From an uncultured virus (IMG/VR IMGVR_UViG_3300023109_000019) (taxonomy: Duplodnaviria; Heunggongvirae; Uroviricota; Caudoviricetes): a stretch of 20,000 bases of DNA. The stretch is taken from the IMG/VR virus record IMGVR_UViG_3300023109_000019; one strand, given 5' to 3'. The notes under the pieces were generated by a model, which had not been told where the DNA came from, ran no database searches, and saw only the letters and a list, made by a program, of their open reading frames with translations. How positions within the stretch are numbered: the stretch's first letter is position 1; every line of letters begins with the position of its first letter. The position numbers were made by a program, and so were the translations under genes. Positions 7,918 to 16,037 of the stretch are shown here, in pieces.

Positions 7918-8412
7918 TTATCTACCAGTTGAACCAATACCACCTTTACGATCCGTCTTGGTTCCAGGCTTCTTCTTTACTTCTTTAATGTCTTGTTGTG
8001 TAACGCTTGCTAATCTACATTGTGCTAATCTGTCGCCGTCGTGAACATGCGCCACGGTATCTGACACATTGTGTACAATAATATGCGTTTCGTCGACATA
8101 ATCAGAATCAATTATACCGACACTGTTAACTAATGTCAATCCCATCTTTGTTGCTACACTTGAACGAATATACATTTCCATTACGTGATTTACCGGAATG
8201 TCAAATATAAGTCCTGTGGGAATAAGTACTCTTGTACCTGGTGTAATGGCCAAGCCATTCTTTTTCACTATTACATCTACTTCCTTATTGAAAGGAGTAT
8301 AAGACCTAACACGTTCACCTACAGTTAAACATGCCTTAATATCAAAGCATGCAGAACCAATGGTTGCGTATTCCGGGAGTGTTGCGTTATCACGTGTTTT
8401 GTAAACATTCAT
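7918..8412 (-). CDS. dut: Trimeric dUTPase
   Basis: All five motifs present: GSACFDI, RSS, GIIDSDY, DRLAQ, RKGGIGSTG. Confidence 0.95.
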   Translation of the reverse strand: MNVYKTRDNATLPEYATIGSACFDIKACLTVGERVRSYTPFNKEVDVIVKKNGLAITPGTRVLIPTGLIFDIPVNHVMEMYIRSSVATKMGLTLVNSVGIIDSDYVDETHIIVHNVSDTVAHVHDGDRLAQCRLASVTQQDIKEVKKKPGTKTDRKGGIGSTGR

Positions 8413-8434
8413 AATATATGTTCCTATTTGTTAT

Positions 8435-8463
8435 ATTATATAACAGTTATGTGGAAATGTCAA
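8435..8463 (-). promoter_or_regulatory. Sigma70-type early promoter for dut-tRNA-lipoprotein
   Basis: TTGACA(8463-8458)-N17-TATAAT(8440-8435), perfect consensus. Confidence 0.9.
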
Positions 8464-8466
8464 TAG

Positions 8467-8868
8467 TTATTTTTTACCAATATTATACTTGACTGTCAGA
8501 TCCCAATCACTCTTTTCTTTAAATGAAATGATTTTAATTTGATTTAGAGAAGCAACCGGATCTTTCGTTTTTGAAGGATCGACGATCTTAACAAGTTCCC
8601 ATTCTTCCAATAAGTTCACAATCGTATTACGACGTGATATATCTTCTTCTGTTAACGTGTTATGCTTTCCGTCTAAAATAAACAATTCTTTAAAATGTAG
8701 TATTGAGTACCTACCCTGTTTGTGTAGGATATGACAAGACTGATATAACTTTTTTTCCTTGCGGCTTGAGATGCCAATTCGAGTCAATGTTTCTTTTACC
8801 TTAAGGAAAGAATCCTGCGTGGGCAATTCAACTTCGACACCGACTCCTTTGAAAATATCTGTGTCCAT
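8467..8868 (-). CDS. regA: Translational repressor RegA
   Basis: DSFLKVKETLTRIGISSRKEKKLYQSCHILHKQGRYSILHFKELFILDG signature; follows gp62. Confidence 0.97.
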   Translation of the reverse strand: MDTDIFKGVGVEVELPTQDSFLKVKETLTRIGISSRKEKKLYQSCHILHKQGRYSILHFKELFILDGKHNTLTEEDISRRNTIVNLLEEWELVKIVDPSKTKDPVASLNQIKIISFKEKSDWDLTVKYNIGKK

Positions 8869-8928
8869 GATTTATATTCACCTGTTAATTATTATAGTTA
8901 GTGGCAATGGTATTATACCATATCAGAT

Positions 8929-8936
8929 TATTTATA
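8929..8936 (-). promoter_or_regulatory. T4-type late promoter (TATAAATA) upstream of regA
   Basis: Exact motif in the gp62-regA intergenic gap, sense orientation. Confidence 0.65.
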
Positions 8937-8947
8937 ATAATCATAAC

Positions 8948-9343
8948 TTAGCCACCTTCATTAACTTTATCATGGATAGTTTGGAGCTGTTCTTTATTCA
9001 ATACTTTAAGATATTGTTTGGCAACAGTTCGGTTACATTGATATACTTGTTGGATAACATCTAGGTTATTGTTCTTATCGGCCTTAGGCCATTTAGAGAA
9101 CCTCTTACGCTTGCGAAGTACAGAACGATAATAATCAAACTGTGCTCCATCAAACAAACCATGACGCATGTTCATTTCGTTTGCATGTAAGATAGTGTCC
9201 TCAAAATTTGTAAAGCCACGGTTCACTACATAAGGCGTATACATCTTTTCAGTGTGTTCAGGTATATCGCTATTGCGAATTAAATCTTCCTTAGAAAAGC
9301 TTGCAGCGTTCATAAAATCAAAGGGTGTTAGATCTTTCATCAA
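8948..9343 (-). CDS. gp62: Clamp loader small subunit gp62 (start at 9343 or 9340)
   Basis: YTPYVVNRGF...DTILHANEMN...QFDYY...RKRKRFSKW; gp45-gp44-gp62-regA synteny. Confidence 0.92.
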   Translation of the reverse strand: MMKDLTPFDFMNAASFSKEDLIRNSDIPEHTEKMYTPYVVNRGFTNFEDTILHANEMNMRHGLFDGAQFDYYRSVLRKRKRFSKWPKADKNNNLDVIQQVYQCNRTVAKQYLKVLNKEQLQTIHDKVNEGG

Positions 9344-9503
9344 TCAGCTCCTCGTATTCTTTTACCATAACGTCGAAGCGAGAACCGCACTTATCACAAA
9401 GAGTAAGTTTAGTTTTGCCTTCTTCAGTATTCATTTCAACTGTAAATGATTTCTTTTTGGATGTCTTGGTACCACAGTTAAAACATTCAAGTTTTCCAAT
9501 CAT
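9318..9503 (-). CDS. Small zinc-ribbon-like hypothetical protein (CxxC...CxxC)
   Basis: CFNC and CDKC; start overlaps the gp44 stop (TAATG); fills the gap between gp44 and gp62. Confidence 0.7.
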   Translation of the reverse strand: MIGKLECFNCGTKTSKKKSFTVEMNTEEGKTKLTLCDKCGSRFDVMVKEYEELIDERSNTL

Positions 9504-10456
9504 TACGTGTACTCACATTCAATCATAACTTCAGTTAAGAACGCAACCATATTAATTTCCTGGTCAGCAACCAATCCTGACTTATACATATAATCAGCAA
9601 GAGTAACAATAAAGCCTGCTTGTGATTGTAGTGTTACCTTATCAGAACACATATCATAGATACGACGAAACATTTCATTCATATCTTGATCTGAGTTCTT
9701 GGCAACCCATTTGCGCATTTCAGTAAATTGCTTTGCTTTGAGTAAACGAAATACATCATCAATAGATTCTTGTTTTAAATTAACAAAGATACCTTCATCA
9801 ATTTTACCAGAAGCTGCGTATGATTGTAGTTCAGTTAATACTCTACGGAAATCAGGGAAGTGTTTCTCAATTACTTTAGCAACAACTTTAGTATCGTATT
9901 CGACTTCTTCTTGGTCAAGTATTGCCTTAACTCTTTTGAAGAACTCCATAGCCATTTGTGGACGGTCAGCTGTATCAATAGTAAAGTCTACTTCTGATAA
10001 CCTTGAACGTAATGGACTGATAATACGATTCTTGAAATTACAAGTAAAGATAAAGCCACAGTTTGAACTATACTCTTCAATAAAGTTACGTAATGCCGGT
10101 TGGACATTAGCTGCGTTCAAATAATCTGCTTCATCGAAGATTACATACTTACGACCTGTACCTGTTAGAGATACTGCGGAAGCGAATGTTGAGATATCGT
10201 ATCGGAGGGTATCAATATTAACGTTAAGAGAACCATTCTTTACGATATAATCGCAACCGAGTTCTTCAAGCATGGCTTTGGCAATTGTAGTTTTACCTAC
10301 ACCTGGACCACCTGTTAATAATAGATTTGGAACACTGCCGTCTGATACGAACTTACGGAATGTTTCTTTTGTCTTGTTTGGTAGAATAGTATCATCAACG
10401 ATTTGTGGACGGTACTTCTCAACCCATAAGACTTCGTTTGATTTTGCATCAATCAT
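9503..10456 (-). CDS. gp44: Clamp loader large subunit gp44 (AAA+)
   Basis: LWVEKYRP, Walker A GGPGVGKTT, Walker B VIFDEAD, PLRSRL and FPDFRR motifs. Confidence 0.97.
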   Translation of the reverse strand: MIDAKSNEVLWVEKYRPQIVDDTILPNKTKETFRKFVSDGSVPNLLLTGGPGVGKTTIAKAMLEELGCDYIVKNGSLNVNIDTLRYDISTFASAVSLTGTGRKYVIFDEADYLNAANVQPALRNFIEEYSSNCGFIFTCNFKNRIISPLRSRLSEVDFTIDTADRPQMAMEFFKRVKAILDQEEVEYDTKVVAKVIEKHFPDFRRVLTELQSYAASGKIDEGIFVNLKQESIDDVFRLLKAKQFTEMRKWVAKNSDQDMNEMFRRIYDMCSDKVTLQSQAGFIVTLADYMYKSGLVADQEINMVAFLTEVMIECEYT

Positions 10457-10487
10457 AATTCACCATAAACATAATATAAAAAAATTT

Positions 10488-10522
10488 GAGAAAACGCGAG
10501 GGTGTTTCCACCCTCACTTCTC
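10488..10522 (-). terminator. Stem-loop with GAAA tetraloop upstream of gp44; possible terminator, attenuator or processing site
   Basis: GAGGGTG-GAAA-CACCCTC (10515-10498), extendable by GAGAA/TTCTC and followed by a U-rich run. Confidence 0.5.
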
Positions 10523-10539
10523 GAGAAATGAGTTATTGT

Positions 10540-10830
10540 TTAACCAACAACTTTATCAGCTAACTCGCCTTGGGCGGGCGCTGAAACATCAATGGCGGCA
10601 TCCTGTTCACCAATCGCTCGCGCGTCTGGTTGCTGAGGTCCTTTTTGACGTAGGAATGCTTCGAGTTTATTTCTTAGCGTTCCGACACCGGCAAGTTCTT
10701 GCCCTTGGAATCCACCACGTTGTGAGACTATGTCAATAATCTGCAACACAGTAGATAAATCTCCAAGATTGATTACCACTTCTTGTTCTTGACCTTCTTG
10801 GCCAAAATTACCTTGTACTGGTTCATTCAT
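10540..10830 (-). CDS. Hypothetical protein (96 aa) between gp45 and gp44
   Basis: SD AAGG; helical core DLSTVLQIIDIVSQRGGFQGQELAGVGTLRNKL; fills the operon gap. Confidence 0.8.
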   Translation of the reverse strand: MNEPVQGNFGQEGQEQEVVINLGDLSTVLQIIDIVSQRGGFQGQELAGVGTLRNKLEAFLRQKGPQQPDARAIGEQDAAIDVSAPAQGELADKVVG

Positions 10831-10835
10831 AATGT

Positions 10836-11498
10836 TTACCTTTTGTTATAAGTCGACTTTGAATCTATCGCTACGTAATACGTAACACCTTTTCCTTTAA
10901 ATTCTGAGATACCTTTTGAACAAAGAGTAACCTCATAATCTAATGGCATTAATTTCAAGTTATCAGTTTTAATGATAATTTGAAAATCATCAACAGCTTC
11001 ACCAATTTCGATACCAAAGTCATCTGCACCGTTGTTGGAACTGTCGATCGCTTTCAGATAACATTTGCCGCCTTCGCCTACAAATGCAATCTCTGAAAAT
11101 TGTAATACCCCTGCTGCCTTCAATACTGAAGACAAATCTCCGTCAGTGACCGATACCGTTACATCAGCAGAAGGAATAGTAATATCCTTTTCTGGTGGAG
11201 TATGGATCATCGAGAGATCAGCAAACACGTACTTAGTTCTGCGCTTACCTTCCGATATAATAAAGTATTTATCAAAAAACTCCACATCCGGATCATTGTA
11301 CAGAGATAAAATTGATAAAAATCTTGAAAGATCGTAAACACACGCATCAGAAGGAATTTCATCTGGTATGTCAGCGATCGCAATCAATGTTTTCTCTGGA
11401 GTTATAGTCTTAATAACATTACCACTGGCCAATAAGATTGACTTATTGATAGCAGTAAAACTTTTTAAGACCGTCAAGGTTTCGTTAGAAAATTTCAT
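10836..11498 (-). CDS. gp45: Sliding clamp gp45
   Basis: MKFSNETLTVLKSFTAINKSI, VYDLSRFLSILSL and NLKLMPLDYEV...YYVAID motifs; synteny. Confidence 0.95.
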   Translation of the reverse strand: MKFSNETLTVLKSFTAINKSILLASGNVIKTITPEKTLIAIADIPDEIPSDACVYDLSRFLSILSLYNDPDVEFFDKYFIISEGKRRTKYVFADLSMIHTPPEKDITIPSADVTVSVTDGDLSSVLKAAGVLQFSEIAFVGEGGKCYLKAIDSSNNGADDFGIEIGEAVDDFQIIIKTDNLKLMPLDYEVTLCSKGISEFKGKGVTYYVAIDSKSTYNKR

Positions 11499-11534
11499 TA
11501 TATAAATTTCTCCATTTAGTTAATATTGTTGTAT

Positions 11535-11563
11535 ATTATATACCAATTACTTGGCTTTGTCAA
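11535..11563 (-). promoter_or_regulatory. Sigma70-type early promoter for the gp45 operon
   Basis: TTGACA(11563-11558)-N17-TATAAT(11540-11535). Confidence 0.9.
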
Positions 11564-12416
11564 TAGGATTGTAAGATTTCTTATTAGATTTGTTATCAGC
11601 AGTTGCTGTAACACCTAATTGGCCTAGACTTCCCATATCACCTTTAAAGATATATGACCCAACATGGTTAAGTTTCATCCAAGGACACATCCATACTGAA
11701 AGGTCAGCTTTGCGAGCCATCTTACAGAAGAAGTAATCTTCAGACAAGTACCTTCTTGTTTCTGGGTCGATGACACAGTCGAAGAAAGCATGAATATCTC
11801 GAGTACCGTCAAATTGTTCTGTTCTAACGTGATCTGGTTTATATGCAAATTCAGGATAGGTGTCACGATATTTCTCTAACGCCTCTCTTGTAATTAACAT
11901 AAACCCAGTACCGCCTTCTGCAACTTCAACAGGTTCCGAGAGTTTAAATGATTTCGTTCCGCTAACCGGATTGAAAACAAAATCTGATGTAAATTTTTCT
12001 AAGTCAAATGGATTATCTTTACCGTTGCCTTGTTGAGCAGCGATAGAAACCTTTTCCCATGCAATTGTCTTTTTAGGATATGGTCCACAGACGATATCAT
12101 ATTTTTCTGGATCTGAAACTTGTAACGCAAGTAATGCTAACGCGTCTCTTGGATCAAATCCAATATCAGCATCAATAAACAATAAGTGCGTGCAGTCTGA
12201 TCTTAGGAACTCATCTACAATATAATTCCTTGCTCTTTGAATTAGACTCTCATTGAATAGAAAGTAGTACTTCAGTGGAATTTTATGAGTAGATGCTAAC
12301 ATGCTCAGATCATTAGTTGACTTGGTATATAAACCAGTACATTGACCACCATACATTGGTGTGCCAACGAACAACCGTTGTTTTTGTAAATCTTCTGTCT
12401 TAACTTCTAGCTTCAT
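11547..12416 (-). CDS. GT-A fold glycosyltransferase (GT2-like)
   Basis: VGTPMYGG, ESLIQRARN, HLLFIDADI (DxD), GTGFMLI and YLSEDYFFC motifs. Confidence 0.8.
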   Translation of the reverse strand: MKLEVKTEDLQKQRLFVGTPMYGGQCTGLYTKSTNDLSMLASTHKIPLKYYFLFNESLIQRARNYIVDEFLRSDCTHLLFIDADIGFDPRDALALLALQVSDPEKYDIVCGPYPKKTIAWEKVSIAAQQGNGKDNPFDLEKFTSDFVFNPVSGTKSFKLSEPVEVAEGGTGFMLITREALEKYRDTYPEFAYKPDHVRTEQFDGTRDIHAFFDCVIDPETRRYLSEDYFFCKMARKADLSVWMCPWMKLNHVGSYIFKGDMGSLGQLGVTATADNKSNKKSYNPIDKAK

Positions 12417-13051
12417 ACTGTAATTTGCTCCATATCATTTTCTGCTCTGGTGATTGACTGTAATCTTAATACATCAGCCAATATGTCCCATGCAGAATCG
12501 TGTGCTTTAAAAACAGAATCCCACTTTTCTTCGTTTGCACAAGGAGGGAATCCGTTCTTCTTTAAACCGAAATCAAACTTTGCATCAATGAATGTTCTTG
12601 TATCTCTAACTGTCCAATGCTTTAGTTTGTTTTGTAGATGACCGATTTTATTTTGAGACTTAAATAGTCTTTCTAATATTACTGGGTCGAATGAATTAGA
12701 TCTTGACCACCAATAATCAATCTTTGGTCCGTCAATTAAAAAGTCAGTAAACTGTTTCACAAAGTCTTCAACCGATAGGTCTGAACTTTTAGGAGCAATA
12801 TTCTTTCTTACTTCTGAATCTTGTTTTGACCAAAAGTCGAGAGTGCCTTTATCGACTACCCAACCATAGTTCTTTACTTGTTCTGCTACATCCAATTTAA
12901 ATTTCTTTGCCTTGAATACATCACTCAGATTGTAAGGATCATTTGATGTAAACTTGTCCCACTGAAATACCATTACAGATACATCAATGACTGCACAGTT
13001 ATGAACATCTTGTCCCATTGTCTCGAAGTCGATAATTAAATCGTTTCTCAT
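12413..13051 (-). CDS. dexA: 3'-5' exonuclease DexA-like (DEDDh)
   Basis: IIDFETMG, RKNIAP, SFDPVIL, RDTRT and AHDSAWD closely parallel T4 DexA. Confidence 0.88.
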   Translation of the reverse strand: MRNDLIIDFETMGQDVHNCAVIDVSVMVFQWDKFTSNDPYNLSDVFKAKKFKLDVAEQVKNYGWVVDKGTLDFWSKQDSEVRKNIAPKSSDLSVEDFVKQFTDFLIDGPKIDYWWSRSNSFDPVILERLFKSQNKIGHLQNKLKHWTVRDTRTFIDAKFDFGLKKNGFPPCANEEKWDSVFKAHDSAWDILADVLRLQSITRAENDMEQITV

Positions 13052-13076
13052 ATGTTTACCTTTAATTTAATATACT

Positions 13077-13105
13077 ATTATAACAAACTTTACTAGTCAT
13101 GTCAA
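13077..13105 (-). promoter_or_regulatory. Sigma70-type early promoter for dexA-GT2
   Basis: TTGACA(13105-13100)-N17-TATAAT(13082-13077). Confidence 0.9.
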
Positions 13106-13110
13106 TAGTT

Positions 13111-14337
13111 TTATCCAAAGAATTCAGATAAATTTGGAGTTGTATCTACGCCGTTAGGATCAAGCTCCATTAATTGTTTATGATTGTTCTGTCTCAAATA
13201 AGTAGTATCTGATAAATCTAACTTGCCTGTTAGAAACTTGCCAATCTCTGTATGTAAATCCCTTGATGTTGGTACAGGAACGTTTTGAGCAATATGATTC
13301 ATTTTCTTTAAACCATGTAACAACTCAAAGTCTTCAGGAAAGCCCATTAGGTGTAATGCTTCTCTAATCGTTAAGGATCGTTCTTCTGTTGGATGCATCG
13401 TGTCAACCATATTACGACCAATCACTGCATTCATATATTCACCAAAGACATGTACTGAACCATCCCATACACCTTTGCCATCAGCAAACTTCATAATTGC
13501 GTGGTCGGAATATTTAATACCTTTCTCATTGCCTGTCTTATGGAACCATTCGTTAGCTTCTTTCATCCAACCTTTCTTACAAACGTAATTCAGAGTTGTC
13601 TTAACATTCTCTTCAACCATCAACTCTCTAACTTCTCTGTTAGTCTTTGTCTTGATGAAATTGTAATACGGTTCGTCAGGTACATGTTTATTAATAATCA
13701 AATCCTGATGTAACGCATCAACTGGAATCTCTTGAAGGTATTCTTTAAAATCTTTTCTATCTTTATTATACCAGTTCATTACAGGAGCGGACTCTGACTT
13801 CCAACCAATCGCGAAAGTCCTGTCGCGTCCCTGTGGAACTCCGTGGAATCTCGTCGATGTTTTATATAGGGACAAAGAATAACCTCTCTCAGCGCAAATT
13901 TCGTACAGTCGATTCGCTACAGGACGTCCTTTATTTGTAAACAATGCAGGAGCATTCTCAACGATGACTACCTTTGCACCAAGTTTATCAATACCATCTT
14001 GAAAGACCATATACATAAATTCGTTCTTAGCACAACCTGCACCTTTACTCTCTCCGGTTGTTCCTGTATTCAATTGAGATAATGCAGCACAAGGTGGAGT
14101 ACCAGAAACAACATCAACCTGTTTGATTTGACCAGGCTCTGCTTCATCAAGTTTAATATAAGGAATATCACGTCCTTTTGTATTTTGTTGATAGTTTACA
14201 TAATGACTATCGTTATCCTCAAATCCACCATAAGAGTAGATTGCTTCAGGTGGTTTACCAAACGCCTTTTCTGCGCCTAGCATTTGTCCACCGATAAGTG
14301 GAATAAGTGGAGCCCATGTTATTTCTTTCTTGTTCAT
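13111..14337 (-). CDS. C5-cytosine DNA methyltransferase-fold protein with atypical SAM-binding motifs
   Basis: Motif IV GTPPC, VI VENA, VIII GVPQGRDRTF and IX RSLTIREALHLMGFPEDF are present; motif I reads IPLIGG and motif X reads AQNVPV. Confidence 0.85.
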   Translation of the reverse strand: MNKKEITWAPLIPLIGGQMLGAEKAFGKPPEAIYSYGGFEDNDSHYVNYQQNTKGRDIPYIKLDEAEPGQIKQVDVVSGTPPCAALSQLNTGTTGESKGAGCAKNEFMYMVFQDGIDKLGAKVVIVENAPALFTNKGRPVANRLYEICAERGYSLSLYKTSTRFHGVPQGRDRTFAIGWKSESAPVMNWYNKDRKDFKEYLQEIPVDALHQDLIINKHVPDEPYYNFIKTKTNREVRELMVEENVKTTLNYVCKKGWMKEANEWFHKTGNEKGIKYSDHAIMKFADGKGVWDGSVHVFGEYMNAVIGRNMVDTMHPTEERSLTIREALHLMGFPEDFELLHGLKKMNHIAQNVPVPTSRDLHTEIGKFLTGKLDLSDTTYLRQNNHKQLMELDPNGVDTTPNLSEFFG

Positions 14338-15575
14338 CCGAAAAAGTCCTCAAGTGTTGCAGCTACTTTCTTATCAAATTCCATTACATTGGGGGCAACA
14401 TAATCATTATCAATCGCTGTCATAATTTTATTGTTTAAGAATGTTCCATCGTAATATTCAGGTTTGCATAATAGTTTACGCAGTCCTGTAATTACCGATT
14501 CATATTCCTGTTCGTTATTTAATAACCTATCCATCCTTTCTTTAAATTCAGCAGGAGTCTTTGGTCTTAAAAATTCTGGTATTGGCAAATGCCCTTGTTC
14601 ATCATAAGATGGATGCAAGAACGGTATCACACCAGCATGTACCATTTCAATATACTTTGAAGTTACCCAACCTTTTGCGATTGGAATAATAAAAGTAAAT
14701 TTAACATTGTTCATTTTAGCCATTACATCATCAAGATGAATAGATCCTTTGAACCTTGCGTCTGTTTCGGTATTAGGATGTTCCCATTTACCGTAGATCT
14801 CAACATCGTCATGTTCATCTAATACCCAGTCCTTTAATAAATTATATCTTGAAGGCTTTGCTTCATTGAGAATAACCATGAAAGGAACATTACGATTTAA
14901 ATTGAACTGTTCAGTGTGTTGATAGTTAATACAGAAACAAGTTTCCATTCCTGCATATGTTGAAGGCATTGATCTGTCGTAACGATCTTGTTCTTCGTAA
15001 GATTTAATACTACTTACTTTATATTCGTAATCGTATTGACCTAAAGATATATTTGGTAGATTGAATATGTCTCTTGATTGATTCATGACATACCGAGGAT
15101 CGTTTACAATCTCAACATAATCAGGATTCTCTTCGTTAATCCAAATCGCAATTGGTGATGTATAATTCTTTGTCATATCAATCACAGAAGCTTTAAGCGT
15201 ACGATCTTTAACTTGTTCAATTTTACCTGGAATGGTAACAGTACCAACTTGACCAACCATTAAAACAGTATAGTCTAATTTCATTGACCTACTCTTAAAG
15301 TAATCAATTACGTGATTAAAGAATCTATCTTCGTCTTTGTTTTTAATACCTTTCCAAATATCAATTACATTATCAAAGGGAAACAACTCCAATGATTCAG
15401 ACTCATTTAGAGTACTGAAATCAGATCGTCCGATAATGTAAAATGTTTTGTCTGGGTTATTATTTGCGAGTGCAATAAGTACTGTAGACGGCTCGTTGTC
15501 TCCACCAATAGGAGAGAAGCGATTCCGCTTAAACTTGACCGATTTACCGATCTTTCCAAATCCAATGTTTTTCAT
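14334..15575 (-). CDS. GT-B fold glycosyltransferase, T4 beta-glucosyltransferase-like (putative DNA glycosyltransferase)
   Basis: VEIYGKW, VTSKYIEMVHAGVIPFLHPSYD...EFKERMDRL resemble the BGT C-terminal domain; IVNDPR resembles the BGT DPR motif; lies near gp42. Confidence 0.7.
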   Translation of the reverse strand: MKNIGFGKIGKSVKFKRNRFSPIGGDNEPSTVLIALANNNPDKTFYIIGRSDFSTLNESESLELFPFDNVIDIWKGIKNKDEDRFFNHVIDYFKSRSMKLDYTVLMVGQVGTVTIPGKIEQVKDRTLKASVIDMTKNYTSPIAIWINEENPDYVEIVNDPRYVMNQSRDIFNLPNISLGQYDYEYKVSSIKSYEEQDRYDRSMPSTYAGMETCFCINYQHTEQFNLNRNVPFMVILNEAKPSRYNLLKDWVLDEHDDVEIYGKWEHPNTETDARFKGSIHLDDVMAKMNNVKFTFIIPIAKGWVTSKYIEMVHAGVIPFLHPSYDEQGHLPIPEFLRPKTPAEFKERMDRLLNNEQEYESVITGLRKLLCKPEYYDGTFLNNKIMTAIDNDYVAPNVMEFDKKVAATLEDFFG

Positions 15576-15602
15576 AATATAAAGTTTGCCGTTCTGTTAA
15601 AT

Positions 15603-16037
15603 TTATTTATCCGAATTGACCACACGTTGTCTGAGCTCTGACGAACTGAAAGAATGCCTTCTACGATTATAATGAACAGGACATAAACCTTTTCCAGTAT
15701 GCTCAACATCTTTGTATTCTTCACCAACAATTCTAATATCAGGATTGATAGTTAAAATCATATCAACCAATTCTTGTTCAGTTGAGAAAGGTATTACCTC
15801 GTCTACATATTTACAAGAAGATAACTGTATGTATCTTTCAAATGGAGTCTGAACTGGTGCGTTCTTTGCATCAGGACGATCCACGGTTGGGTCAATCAAT
15901 AATCCAACAATTAAATAATCACACAACGTCTTTGCTTCTTGTAGCATTACAATATGACCTGCATGAAACAGATCAAACGTTGAACATGTAAATCCGACCT
16001 TACAATCTGCCGGTAATTTTTTCCTATCTAGAAACAT
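15603..16037 (-). CDS. Cytidylyltransferase, TagD/glycerol-3-phosphate cytidylyltransferase-like (HxGH family)
   Basis: TFDLFHAGH, DYLIVGL, KYVDEVIP and RRHSFSSSELR motifs. Confidence 0.9.
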   Translation of the reverse strand: MFLDRKKLPADCKVGFTCSTFDLFHAGHIVMLQEAKTLCDYLIVGLLIDPTVDRPDAKNAPVQTPFERYIQLSSCKYVDEVIPFSTEQELVDMILTINPDIRIVGEEYKDVEHTGKGLCPVHYNRRRHSFSSSELRQRVVNSDK

